Below are positions 51,872 to 62,064 of a stretch of DNA of 64,000 nt, piece after piece. Positions within the stretch are counted from its first letter, which is position 1, and the number at the start of each line of letters is the position of its first letter. This stretch comes from Acidobacteriota bacterium. GTDB taxonomy: Bacteria > Acidobacteriota > UBA6911 > RPQK01 > CBDBID01. Where the stretch lies: the NCBI GenBank assembly GCA_965205565.1, contig CBDBID010000043.1, forward strand, positions 9,580 to 73,579. Reading direction: 5' to 3'. The notes below the pieces were generated by a model. It did not search any database. It was not told where the DNA came from and saw only the letters and a program-made list of their open reading frames with translations. Both the position numbers and the translations under genes were made by a program.

Positions 51872-53197
51872 ATGAAAGTCGCCTACATCACCGCCGGTGC
51901 GGCCGACATGTTCTGCGGCAGTTGCCTGCACGACAATTCCCTGGTTGCGGCCCTGCAGCGGAAGGGGCATCAGGCCCTTTTGATCCCCACCTACACCCCT
52001 TTGCGGACTGACGAACCGAACGTCAGCATCGATCGAGTGTTTTATGGCGGGATCAACGTCTACCTGGAGCAGAAGTTGTCCCTTTTTCGGCACACGCCTG
52101 AATGGCTGGATTCCCTGTTCCGTCATCCGTCTCTCCTCCGCTTGCTGAGCCGCCTGGCCTCGAGCACGGATGCCCGGTCGCTGGGCGCGCTGACTCTCTC
52201 CATCGCCAGAGGAGAGCGGGGCCATCAACGAAAAGAGCTGGAACGGCTGATTCGGTGGCTCCGGCAGGAAGTCCGACCGGATCTGGTCCAGCTCACCAAC
52301 TCTCTGCTGCTGGGGTTGGTGCGAAGCATCCGTGAGGAGCTCCAGGTGCCGGTTCTGTGTGCCCTGCAGGGGGAGGACATCTTCCTGGAGGACCTGGTCG
52401 AACCCTATCGATCTGAAGTTATCGAGGTGTTGCGAGAGCGAGCCGGTCAGGTAGATGGGTTTCTGGCCACCAGCCAGTACTTTGCCGAATTCATGTCCGC
52501 ATACCTCACGCTTCCCCGAGACAAGATCCACGTCGTCAGGCCCGGACTGAACCTGGCCGATCACATGGGTGCGGGCAGCCCAGATGCTGCCCGCCCCTTC
52601 ACGATCGGTTACCTGGCCCGCATCTGCCCGGAAAAAGGCCTCCACCTCCTGGCCGACGCGTTTCGACAACTGTGTGCGCGAACCGGCAAGGCGCGATTCC
52701 GGCTGAGTGTGGCCGGATATCTCGGCAAGCAACATGAACCGTATCTTCGCGGAATCCAGAAGAAGATTTCCCAGTGGGGGCTGGAGGACCGATTCGACCT
52801 GTGGGGGGAAGTCGACCGGCGACGAAAGATCCAGTTTCTGCAGCAGCTCCACCTGCTGTCCGTACCCACCGTCTACCGCGAACCGAAGGGTCTCTTCGTT
52901 TTGGAAGCCCTGGCCAATGGAGTGCCCGTCGTCCAGCCCCGCCACGGCGCCTTTCCGGAGTTACTGGAGCAATTGCAGGGAGGAATTCTGGTAGACCCCG
53001 GCTCGGCCAGCCAGCTGGCAGATGCCTTCCAGTCGCTGTACGAGAATCCGCAGCGGCGGGAGGAACTGGGTCGAGCCGGAAGGGAATCGGTACGGGCCTT
53101 TTTCAATGATGAAGCCATGGCCGATGCCACCCTGGCCGTCTACTCACAATACCTGTCGGAGAAGAGCGTGCATGGGGTGGATTCGTTGCTGGATTGA
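51872..53197 (+). CDS. glycosyltransferase family 4 (GT-B, group 1)
   Basis: MKVAYITAG... and the C-terminal EX7E region EPKGLFVLEALANGVPVVQPRHGAFPELL. The ORF opens at 51656; I chose ATG 51872. Confidence 0.8.
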   Translation: MKVAYITAGAADMFCGSCLHDNSLVAALQRKGHQALLIPTYTPLRTDEPNVSIDRVFYGGINVYLEQKLSLFRHTPEWLDSLFRHPSLLRLLSRLASSTDARSLGALTLSIARGERGHQRKELERLIRWLRQEVRPDLVQLTNSLLLGLVRSIREELQVPVLCALQGEDIFLEDLVEPYRSEVIEVLRERAGQVDGFLATSQYFAEFMSAYLTLPRDKIHVVRPGLNLADHMGAGSPDAARPFTIGYLARICPEKGLHLLADAFRQLCARTGKARFRLSVAGYLGKQHEPYLRGIQKKISQWGLEDRFDLWGEVDRRRKIQFLQQLHLLSVPTVYREPKGLFVLEALANGVPVVQPRHGAFPELLEQLQGGILVDPGSASQLADAFQSLYENPQRREELGRAGRESVRAFFNDEAMADATLAVYSQYLSEKSVHGVDSLLD

Positions 53198-53242
53198 AGA
53201 AGGCATCGGCCTGGGCTACATTCAATCCTTGAGTGAGAATGA

Positions 53243-53926
53243 ATGAAGCAGCGTGACATCCTGCTAGAGGTCACGGACCTACGCAAGAGTTTGGGCGAGG
53301 TCCATCCGCTGGAGGTGCTTCGAGGGGTCTCTTTCGAACTGGCGCGAGGGGACTCCCTGGCCATTACCGGCCCCTCGGGTTCGGGAAAGAGCACTCTCCT
53401 GCACTGTGTGGGGACACTGCTTGCGCCTTGTTCGGGTTCGATTCGGATCAACGGAACCGACCCGTTCAGCCTGTCCGAGCCGGATCTGGCTAGGTTCCGC
53501 AATCGGGTGATCGGATTCATCTTCCAAGACCATCACCTGTTGCCCCAATACTCGGTCCTCGAAAATGTGCTGATGCCCGCTCTGGCTTTTTCCAAAAAGC
53601 GAGAGGAGGCGGGGAAGCGAGCCCTGCATCTGCTCCAGCGGGTGGGTCTACAAGACCGTCTGGAGCACCGCCCTGCCGAGCTTTCCGGTGGGGAGCGCCA
53701 AAGGGTGGCTGTGGCGCGTGCCCTGCTGAATTGCCCCACCCTCTTGCTCTGTGATGAGCCCACCGGAAATCTGGATCGATCTACCGCCGGTACCATATCT
53801 TCGCTGCTCTTCGAGCTGCACGAGGAAGAAGAAAACGTGCTGATCGCTGTCACACACAGCACGGAGCTGGCCGCCAGATTCCCCAGGAATTTCGAGTTGG
53901 TGGAAGGGACATGCGTCGCAGCCTGA
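53243..53926 (+). CDS. ABC transporter ATP-binding protein (LolD/MacB/FtsE-like)
   Basis: Walker A GPSGSGKSTLLH, signature LSGGERQRVAVARAL, Walker B LLLCDEPTGNLD. Confidence 0.9.
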   Translation: MKQRDILLEVTDLRKSLGEVHPLEVLRGVSFELARGDSLAITGPSGSGKSTLLHCVGTLLAPCSGSIRINGTDPFSLSEPDLARFRNRVIGFIFQDHHLLPQYSVLENVLMPALAFSKKREEAGKRALHLLQRVGLQDRLEHRPAELSGGERQRVAVARALLNCPTLLLCDEPTGNLDRSTAGTISSLLFELHEEEENVLIAVTHSTELAARFPRNFELVEGTCVAA

Positions 53927-56900
53927 CCTTCTTTTGGAGGACAAATCTGGCTGTGGCGCTGGGAGCGGCCGTGACCACAGCGGTGATGACCGGTGCCTTG
54001 CTGGTGGGTGATTCGGTGCGAGAAAGCTTGCGCCAGCTCACCCTGGACCGGCTGGGAGCGATCGACTACGCCCTGGTTTCTCCCCGGTTCTTCCGGGAAA
54101 GATTGGGGCAGGATCTAACCGAACAGAGCCTGAAACTGGACCGTGGATTCGGTCCCGTAGCCCCCATGATCGTGCTGGGGGGCAGTGCCAGCCATCCGGT
54201 CAGCGGAACTCGTGCCTCTCAGGTGAACATCCTGGGCGTCGATCCCCGGTTTCTTTCCTTCTTTGATGCTTCCGCGAGCCTCGAGCGGAGGTTGGGCGAC
54301 CTGAGTAGTCCAGGTTTAGCCTCGGTGGTGATCAACCAGAGCCTGCAGAAGGAACTGCGCGTGCAAGCGGGCGAGACCTTGTTGGTGGCTTTCGAGACCT
54401 CCAACGATGTGCACCGGGAGCTGCTGTTCGGCAGAAGGGAATCCTCCCAGGTGGTGAGAAGGCTGCGCGCGCAGATCAGGCAGGTGATCCCGGACCGGGG
54501 TCCAGGCCGCTTCGGTTTGAGACCGCACCAAAACCTTCCCTTCAATGTGTTGGTGCCCCTTCCGCTACTGCAGCGGACGCTGCGGCAGGAGGGCCGGGTC
54601 AACGCTCTGATGGTGGCCGGGCATCCGTTTGCGGCTGAGAACGGAGCGCTGCGTCTGGAGGATGAGCTTCGGCAATTCCTCACACTGGAAGATTTCGGTT
54701 TGCTTTTTCACCAGAGAAACGGCCATCTGACGGTAGAAAGTCGGGAACTGGTGTTGAGGCCTTGGATGGAAGAGGCCGTTCGCGCAGCTGCCCAGGCTGA
54801 GCACCTAGTGCTGCAACCCGTTTTGACCTATCTGGCCAACGAGATGCTGGTGGGCCAGAAGACGGTCCCCTATTCCACGGTGGCCTCTCTGCAGCTCTCC
54901 CAACCGTCTGATCCGATTTCTCTGTCATTGACGACGGGTGAGTCAGCACCGGTCTTGACGGGCCAGCAGATACTGCTCAATCAATGGGCTGCAAGGGAGT
55001 TGAACGCGAGTGTGGGAGACAGCTTACAACTCACCTATTACAGCGTGGGGCCTCTGGAAAAGCTGCAAAGCAAGGTGGCGACCTTTCAGCTGGAAGGGGT
55101 CGTACAGATGAAAGGGCTGGGAGCTGATGCCGACTTGACACCGGAGATCCCGGGCATTCAGGAAGCCCCAGACATGTCTTCCTGGAACCCTCCGTTCCCA
55201 GTGGACTTTTCACGCATCCGTCCTCAGGACGAGGCCTACTGGGACGAATACCGAGCGGCTCCTAAAGCATTCGTTGCCCTGGAGACCGGGCAGCGGCTCT
55301 GGGAGACTCGGTTTGGCCGGCTGACCTCGTTTCGCGTAACCGCAACTCGGGAGCCGGATTGGCCTTCCACCCGTGCCGATTTGGAGAAGGCCATTCTAGA
55401 GCGCCTTTCACCGGAACAGTTGGGTTTCCGATTCCAAGCGGTCAAGCGGGAGGGGTTGCAGGCCGCCTCTGGCGCCACCGACTTCGGCATGCTGTTTATC
55501 GGGTTCAGCTCCTTCCTGATCCTTTCCGGAGCCCTGCTGGTGGGCCTGCTGTTCCGGTTGGGGGTGGAGCAGCGAGCGGGTGAACTGGGATTGCTACTCG
55601 CGCTGGGGTACTCGCCCGCCCAGGTGCGCCGGCGTTTCCTGGCAGAAGGCATTCTGCTGGCGGCAGGCGGTGCAATTCTCGGTCTGGCCGCCGCCGCTGG
55701 CTATGGCTGGTTGCTGATTGCCGGTCTGCGGACCTGGTGGTCCGATGCCATAGGACACTCCTTTCTGGAGCTTCACGTGGGAGGTGTCAGCCTGGCCCTT
55801 GGTTTCCTGATCTCGATTCTGGTGGTGATCGTCTCGATCTGGTGGGCTGTGCGCCATACGGCTCGCTTCCCTATCCCAGAGTTGTTGACGGGGGGACGGG
55901 GACTGCCCAGGCGGCGCGGCAGTGCTATTTGGGCCAAGAGACTGGGAGTGGCGAGTACCGCAGTATGCCTGGCTCTGGGGTTTTTCGCCTGGCAAGCCGA
56001 CAGGTCGGCCTCGGTTGGCCTCTTCTTTGGCTTGGGAACGGCCCTGTTGACGGCCGGACTCTGCTTTTTCGCTCTCTGGTTGCGAGTGCCGAGTCGTCGC
56101 CTGCTTCGCCCGGGTGATCCTGGACTCACCTTTCGATTCGCCGCCCGAAACAGTTCCAGAAACCCCGGACGGAGCTTGTTGATAGCGGCTTTGCTGGCCA
56201 GCGCCTGCTTCGTGATCGTAGCGGTTGCGGCCAGTCGCCACGAACCGGATTTGGAGCTGGCCAAGGAATCGGGCACCGGAGGCTACGCCCTGCTGGCTGA
56301 GGCCGACATCCCGATCTACCAGAATCTGAATGCACCCCAGGGCCGTTTCCAGCTGGGCTTCTCCGAAAGCGACTCGCGTCATTTCCAGGGCTCGACCCTT
56401 CTGCCCTTCCGCTTGCTTCCCGGAGAAGATGCCAGTTGCCTGAATCTATATCGGCCTACCCGACCCCGCCTGCTGGGCGTTCCCAGCAGCCAGGTCAGTC
56501 GCGGCGGTTTTCGATTCAGTCAGGTGATGGAAGAGGTCGAGAATCCCTGGACACTGTTGGAGAAGTCACTGGAACCGGACGTAGTCCCCGCCTTTGGTGA
56601 CGCCAACTCCGTGATCTGGATTCTGCACTCTGGCCTGGGACAAGATTTCATCATCCAGGACGAAAGAGGCGAGCCGCTGAGGCTTCGCTTCGTGGGGCTG
56701 CTTTCCGGCAGCGTTTTCCAGGGCGAAATGCTGATCTCGGAAGCCAACTTCGTGAAGCATTTCCCCAGCCAGGGAGGGCACTCCTATTTCCTGGTGGAGA
56801 CGCCTCCAGGATCCGACTTGGAGCTGGCCTCTCTTCTGGAAAACCGCCTGGGTGAGTACGGCTTTGACGTCACTTCTACCCGGGATCGGTTGGCCGGCTA

Positions 56901-57297
56901 TCTGGCAGTGGAGAACACCTATCTGTCCACCTTCCAGACTCTAGGAGGCTTGGGGTTGCTTCTCGGCACTTTGGGTCTGGGGGTGGTTCTCGTGCGCAAC
57001 GTATTGGAACGTCGGGGAGAGTTGGCCACCTTGAGGGCTATCGGCTTCGAGCGCTCGAAACTGGCCTGGATGGTGCTGACGGAGAATGCTTTTCTCCTGG
57101 TATTGGGATTGGCGGTGGGTAGCCTGTCGGCCCTGGCGGCCGTTTCTCCACACCTACTCGCCAGGGGCGGGTCGTTCCCCTGGCTGTCGCTGTCACTGAC
57201 CCTTCTGGTGGTGGTTGTGACCGGTCTTGCGGCCGGTGCGGTGGCCGTTTGGAACGTCCTGCAAATTCCCCTCCTGCCCGCCTTGAAGGCAGAATGA
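53911..57297 (+). CDS. large FtsX/MacB-type ABC transporter permease (duplicated FtsX domains)
   Basis: 1128 aa. Two hydrophobic FtsX-like 4-TM blocks (around aa 500-640 and 1000-1125) are separated by large extracytoplasmic regions. Overlaps the ATPase gene by 16 nt. Confidence 0.8.
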   Translation: MRRSLTFFWRTNLAVALGAAVTTAVMTGALLVGDSVRESLRQLTLDRLGAIDYALVSPRFFRERLGQDLTEQSLKLDRGFGPVAPMIVLGGSASHPVSGTRASQVNILGVDPRFLSFFDASASLERRLGDLSSPGLASVVINQSLQKELRVQAGETLLVAFETSNDVHRELLFGRRESSQVVRRLRAQIRQVIPDRGPGRFGLRPHQNLPFNVLVPLPLLQRTLRQEGRVNALMVAGHPFAAENGALRLEDELRQFLTLEDFGLLFHQRNGHLTVESRELVLRPWMEEAVRAAAQAEHLVLQPVLTYLANEMLVGQKTVPYSTVASLQLSQPSDPISLSLTTGESAPVLTGQQILLNQWAARELNASVGDSLQLTYYSVGPLEKLQSKVATFQLEGVVQMKGLGADADLTPEIPGIQEAPDMSSWNPPFPVDFSRIRPQDEAYWDEYRAAPKAFVALETGQRLWETRFGRLTSFRVTATREPDWPSTRADLEKAILERLSPEQLGFRFQAVKREGLQAASGATDFGMLFIGFSSFLILSGALLVGLLFRLGVEQRAGELGLLLALGYSPAQVRRRFLAEGILLAAGGAILGLAAAAGYGWLLIAGLRTWWSDAIGHSFLELHVGGVSLALGFLISILVVIVSIWWAVRHTARFPIPELLTGGRGLPRRRGSAIWAKRLGVASTAVCLALGFFAWQADRSASVGLFFGLGTALLTAGLCFFALWLRVPSRRLLRPGDPGLTFRFAARNSSRNPGRSLLIAALLASACFVIVAVAASRHEPDLELAKESGTGGYALLAEADIPIYQNLNAPQGRFQLGFSESDSRHFQGSTLLPFRLLPGEDASCLNLYRPTRPRLLGVPSSQVSRGGFRFSQVMEEVENPWTLLEKSLEPDVVPAFGDANSVIWILHSGLGQDFIIQDERGEPLRLRFVGLLSGSVFQGEMLISEANFVKHFPSQGGHSYFLVETPPGSDLELASLLENRLGEYGFDVTSTRDRLAGYLAVENTYLSTFQTLGGLGLLLGTLGLGVVLVRNVLERRGELATLRAIGFERSKLAWMVLTENAFLLVLGLAVGSLSALAAVSPHLLARGGSFPWLSLSLTLLVVVVTGLAAGAVAVWNVLQIPLLPALKAE

Positions 57298-57340
57298 GCA
57301 AAAAGATCAGAAAAAAACGAGAGAAAAGCGAGCGACTGCC

Positions 57341-58309
57341 GTGAGCGTCATGTTGCAGGAGTTGGTGGCGAGCCAGCGTGCCTGGACGAAAGCGACTCTT
57401 CACCACTCCAGATCGTGGACCCTTCATCTCCCAGCTGGATGTCAGGAAATCATCGAAGCATTTCTGTCGGATTGCCGGGAGTCCGGGCCAGTCAGCCCTG
57501 AGGTGAAGCTCTCCATCCCCGCTTTAGAGCAGGGGGAAAAGGCACTGACCGATTTGCGGGTCCGGCTGGATCGTAGCCCGGGATTTGTCATCCTGGACCG
57601 CCTGCCCCTGGAGCGTTTCTCCCGAGAGGAGGCCACCCTCGCCTACTGGTTGATCGGGCAAATGGTGGGTCGGCCGTTTCCGCAGAACATCCGAAAAACA
57701 CTGCTTTACGACGTTTGGGATACCGGCTTGGATTACACGCAAGGAGCTCGCTTCAGCGTGACTCATGCTGCCTCCTCTTTTCACGCGGACGGCTCCTTCA
57801 ATCCACGAATGGCAGACTATGTATGGCTCTTGTGCCTGGCCACGGCCAAGAGCGGTGGTGTCAACCAGCTGGTCAGTGGTTACAGCCTGCACAATTGCAT
57901 CCTTAGAGAATATGGGCATCTGCAGCCGACGTTGTACGACTCCTTTCCTTTCGATCGCCGGGGAGAGATCCGGCCGGGAGAATCTGAGACCAGCCAGCAC
58001 GCCGTCTTTTCCTGGAAGGGTAGGGAGCTGACGGTACGCTATTTGAGATATTACATTGAGGTAGCGTCCAAAAAATCTGGCCGTCCTCTTTCTTAGCGCC
58101 AGCGGGAGGCTCTGGAGGTGGTGGATCGATTGCTGCAGCGAGACGATCTGAGGGTCGCATTCTCTCTGGAACCCGGCCAGATACTCTTTACCAACAATCA
58201 CTGGATCCTGCACAATCGAACTGCTTTTGAGGATCATGAAGACCCGAAACGCAGGCGTCACTACGTCCGCCTCTGGTTGCTGCGCAGCGATGAACGCCCG
58301 ACCGGCTGA
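57341..58309 (+). pseudogene. TauD/TfdA-family Fe(II)/2-oxoglutarate dioxygenase interrupted by an in-frame TAG
   Basis: FSVTHAASSFHADGSF lies upstream. After the TAG at 58094-58096 the same frame continues RQREALEVVDRLLQRDDLRVAFSLEPGQILFTNNHWILHNRTAFED...RHYVRLWL, the family C-terminus. Confidence 0.7.
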
Positions 58310-58479
58310 GACCGGCTCCCGAACGCCCAGATGCCGCGAATGGAAAAAGACAGGACGCCCGGGAAACCGGATGGCCCCGGGGTCTGACGGCTCATGAAAA
58401 GTGGCGAGTCGGGAGGCAAAGCCAATGCGAACGCAACCGCGTCCCAATATCGTCACGTCTTCTGGGGGAGGAAAAGTCG

Positions 58480-59995
58480 ATGTACTGGAAAAGGAAGCTG
58501 CTGAGTATCGTTTTGTGCACCGTGAGCACGGCCTCGATAGCAAGGGCGGTTATCGTGAAAAACGGCGGCCCCCAGCGATCGCTGGATGAGGCCGTTCTTT
58601 TCACTTTCGATGCTCACAGCCTTCCCCTGACCTACCGATTGCGTGTGGGATTGATCCGGGGCAATAAGCATCCCGAAAGCCCAGTCATCACCACTGGCCA
58701 GCCGGGTGACCCGGATTCCCGGGATTGTGGCTTATTACGGAAGCGTGATCCGGGTGGGGGAGGAGCTGCGCATGTGGTACATCGGCTCTCCACAGTTGGA
58801 CGCTCCGGATGCCGGTGGCTGGCCGGGATGGGGGCGCGGTCGGGTGTGTTATGCCGTGAGCCGGGACGGGATCCACTGGGAAAAACCGGCTCTGGGCCTG
58901 GTGGAATTCGAGGGCAACCGGGACAATAGCCTGGTGGATTTGGATGTGGATCTGGTGGTGGCCTGCAGCGTCCTGTACGAACCGGATGACCCGGATCGCC
59001 TGCGGCGCTTCAAGATGCTTTTCGAGAGCCTCAGTATTGGGAACAACCAACTGCTGGTGGCCTACAGCGCCGACGGATTGTGCTGGGTTCAGAGCCCCAA
59101 GAATCCGGTACTGCCCGCCTTCATGGAAGGCAGTGGTCTGACGAAACTAGATGGGGTCTACTACTTCAACGGTCAGGCCACTCGTTTTTATCCCAAGCGC
59201 GTCTTCGTCACCCATCTTTCCCATGGCTTTGAAAATTGGAGCCTGTCCTCGGCCTTGAGCTTCCGCCGGGACAACATCCCTCCCCGTTTCCCTCTTTCCG
59301 ACATCAATCGGGGGGAGCAGGTTCACATGGGTGCCGGGCTCTGGAACCGAGGCAACGTCTTGCTTGGGTTTTACGGGCAGTGGCACGGTCATTCTAACAA
59401 CGATCGCAGATTCGTGAGCATGGATCTCGGGCTGGTGATCAGTCAGGACGCTCTGCATTTCCGGGAGCCGGTGCCCGACTTCAGAATCGTTTCGGCAGCT
59501 GAGGAGCGCGACGGCGCACGCCCTGCACTGATGCAAGGACAGGGCGTGGAAAATGTGGGGGAGAAGACGCTCTACTGGTATGGCGGTTGGGGGGATGGCG
59601 GGGTTCGTTTGGCCACCTGGGTGCGGGACCGCTTGGGATTCTTCGAAGTGATACCGGCTCGCCCCACGGACACCGTGCCGCCGGTAGTCCCTCACCTGGT
59701 TTCCTGTCCCTTGCAATTAGAGGGTTCGACCCGGCTTTTCGTGAATGCCGACGGGCTTTCCCAAGGCACTTTCCTCCGGTTGGAAATCCTGGATGAGAGC
59801 CTGAAGGAACTTCCCGGGTATTCCGGACAGCGTTCGGCGGTGGTTGAATCGGATGGCTTACGTGCCCCGGCGACCTGGCCCTCGGGAGGGATCGTGAAGG
59901 ATCCGGGCAAACCGATGCGCATTCGGGTGAGTTTCGAGGGGTTACGTCCCGAGGACATCCGTCTGTATGCCCTCTACGCCGTGGATTCGGACTGA
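58480..59995 (+). pseudogene. exported beta-propeller glycoside-hydrolase-like protein (GH43/32/130-like), frameshifted after the signal/N-terminal segment
   Basis: The signal MYWKRKLLSIVLCTVSTASIARA...ITTGQPGDPDS is in the frame of 58480. GIVAYYGSVIRVGEELRMWYIG...CYAVSRDGIHWEKPALGLVEF continues in the frame of ORF 58706-59995. The family assignment is tentative. Confidence 0.5.
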
Positions 59996-60447
59996 AAAGG
60001 GAGGCAACTTTGCTTCCGCTGGGGCGGACTGATCGAGTCTGACGAATTTTTGGGAGGAACTCCCGGCCCGCGAGATTGGCAGTGGCCCACCCGAGACGCT
60101 TTTGGTCGTTTCATCGAGGACGACCACCATGTCAGCTGCCCTTGATATAGCGTCAGTGGTAGTTCCTTGAGAGAGAGAGGGCTTTTGAGGGCTGTTTTCA
60201 GCTTTTCCCAATCCCCCCCCTCTGCCCCAGGGATCTCTCGCTCGAGCCTGCACACCCTGCATTGAGTAAAGTAGGCTGTGTTTCCGGTACTTCCCCCACC
60301 TTTGGACGAGTGGGGTAAGGTTTGAGAGACTCGCGGCCCAGGAAAACTTTTTTCTGGCGTTGCCGTGAAGGCCTGAAGTTAAGCCTTTATTTCTGACCAG
60401 ACTTCCGTATCCTGCACGGTCAGACTTTCCCTCGATCTCGACTGTCC

Positions 60448-61056
60448 TCAGGAAGTAAACCTTTGTTCCGCCACGTTCCAGTTGACGACGTTCCACCAGG
60501 CATTGACGTAATCCGGCCGCCGATTCTGGTATGTCAGATAGTAGGCGTGTTCCCAGACGTCCAGGCCGATGATGGCATTCTTGCCCGCCATCATTGGGCT
60601 GTCCTGATTGGCTGTCGAGTAGATTTCCACTTGGCCTGCGGCGTTTTTCGCCAGCCAGGCCCAACCCGAGCCAAAGCGACCCACCGCAGCGGCTGCGAAT
60701 TTTTCCTTGAACGTATCGAAACTTCCGAAGGTGCCGTTGATGGCCTGGGCGAGTTGACCCACCGGTTGTCCACCCTGATTGGCTCCGAGGATCTGCCAGA
60801 AAAAACTGTGATTGCTGTGCCCTCCGCCGTTGTTGCGTACGGCGGTTCGAATGCTCTCCGGAACGATGGCACAGTGGTTGGCTAGAAGTTCTTCTAAGCT
60901 CGTGCCTGCCAATTCCGGAGCCGATTCCAGAACTTTGTTCAGGTTAGAGATGTAGGCGTTGTGGTGTTTGCCATGGTGGATTTCCATGGTGGTGCCGTCG
61001 ATATGAGGTTCCAGGGCGTTCGTCGGGTAAGGTAAAGAGGGAAGAGTGAATGCCAT
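60448..61056 (-). CDS. sodA: superoxide dismutase, Mn-type signature
   Basis: [19 protein letters not shown]...[41 protein letters not shown] lies upstream of ATG 61056. Confidence 0.9.
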   Translation of the reverse strand: MAFTLPSLPYPTNALEPHIDGTTMEIHHGKHHNAYISNLNKVLESAPELAGTSLEELLANHCAIVPESIRTAVRNNGGGHSNHSFFWQILGANQGGQPVGQLAQAINGTFGSFDTFKEKFAAAAVGRFGSGWAWLAKNAAGQVEIYSTANQDSPMMAGKNAIIGLDVWEHAYYLTYQNRRPDYVNAWWNVVNWNVAEQRFTS

Positions 61057-61307
61057 AGGTTCTCCTTTTCTTGACTGTCGGTTGTCTTCCAAAATCTGGC
61101 TGAGTACCTCAGTAACCTCCTCGGCACCAAGGGACTCGCCTGGGTTACGATCACCAGAGTCGGTGCTTCCTTGCTTGTATCACGTAACCATATCAAGGGT
61201 GCGCAGCCGTCTCAATCGCGAAACCTGGCCAGGAAGAACCGTCGAGTGTGTAAGTATATCCGCTCACGCCGGCTGGCGGGACATCGGAGGGGCGAGTGTC
61301 CGAAGAA

Positions 61308-61373
61308 TCCTCGACCTCACCTCCCAAGCCCCCTCCGCAAACATCACCGTATCTATGGAAGGGAGCACTAAGA
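61308..61373. repeat. partial third copy of the 47.85-kb element end
   Basis: 60 of 65 nt are identical to the reverse complement of 47849-47913, with 45 consecutive identities (tcctcgacctcacctcccaagccccctccgcaaacatcaccgtat). Its end overlaps the ferritin stop codon (61368-61370). Confidence 0.6.
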
Positions 61374-61877
61374 TGAGGGTTCAGCTGGAACCGAGCGGGA
61401 AGCCAGATAGCGATCCATCATGAGCAGAGCGGTCGGTTGATCCCCGACCATGTTGAGCTGGGCTACGATGTGCGCCGCCGTTTTCTCCTCCTCCACCTGT
61501 TCTCGAATGAACCATTGCAGTTCGGTCTCACTGGCGTAGTCGTCCGCTTTCTGGGCCTGGTTGTAGATCCGATAGATGTCCTGGGTGACTTCCTTCTCGT
61601 GGGCCAGAGCCTGCTCGAACATGTCTAAGGCGGAGCGAAACTCCGCCGGGGGTTCCATGATTTCCCGAAGCTCCACGCGCCCGCCTCGGACGTGCACATA
61701 TTCGAACAGTCTCAGGGCATGAGCCCGCTCTTCCTCGCTTTGCAACCTCATCCAGTGACCGAAACCGGGCAAGTTGATCGACTCCGAGTAGGCCGACATG
61801 GAGAGATACAGGTGCGAAGAGTAGAACTCACTGGCGATCTGGGCGTTAAACGCCTCTTCCATTTTCGTACGTATCAT
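61368..61877 (-). CDS. ftn: non-haem ferritin
   Basis: AFNAQIASEFYSSHLYLSMSAY...MRLQSEEERAHALRLFEY, the ferroxidase-centre pattern. 169 aa. Confidence 0.9.
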   Translation of the reverse strand: MIRTKMEEAFNAQIASEFYSSHLYLSMSAYSESINLPGFGHWMRLQSEEERAHALRLFEYVHVRGGRVELREIMEPPAEFRSALDMFEQALAHEKEVTQDIYRIYNQAQKADDYASETELQWFIREQVEEEKTAAHIVAQLNMVGDQPTALLMMDRYLASRSVPAEPSS

Positions 61878-62064
61878 GGATGGCTACCTTCCTGTCGAGT
61901 TCTTGTTTGGGTGGTGAACGACCATACGGGAACGGCTCAATCCAAGAGCCAATTGTGAACCCGAGCCGGCACGACAGTCAAGCGCCGATCACAATAATTT
62001 GGTGGAGTCAGGGCGCCCGGGTGTCCTGACAGACGAATGGTTCCACTCCGGAAAATGTGGCATC

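Noticed and set aside
42978-58096. Both in-frame stops are TAG. I considered amber reassignment (pyrrolysine or another recoding).
   Set aside because: TAG terminates conserved, normal-length genes in the same window: trpB at 1324-1326, the M24 peptidase at 27748-27750, the epimerase at 29933-29935 and ferritin at 61368-61370. No pyl or methyltransferase genes are present. Two events are too few to read meaning into the shared codon, so ordinary nonsense mutations or base errors are the economical explanation.
59996-60447. A 450-nt spacer between the GH-like gene and sodA. It holds a C8 run, a weak hairpin (ctgacc...ggtcag) and a short protein-like frame (EFLGGTPGPRDWQWPTRDAFGRFIEDDHHV).
   Set aside because: There is no ORF of 60 codons or more with coding character, no repeat match to other parts of the window, and the hairpin is weak with a 19-nt loop. 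Evidence is insufficient for a feature.
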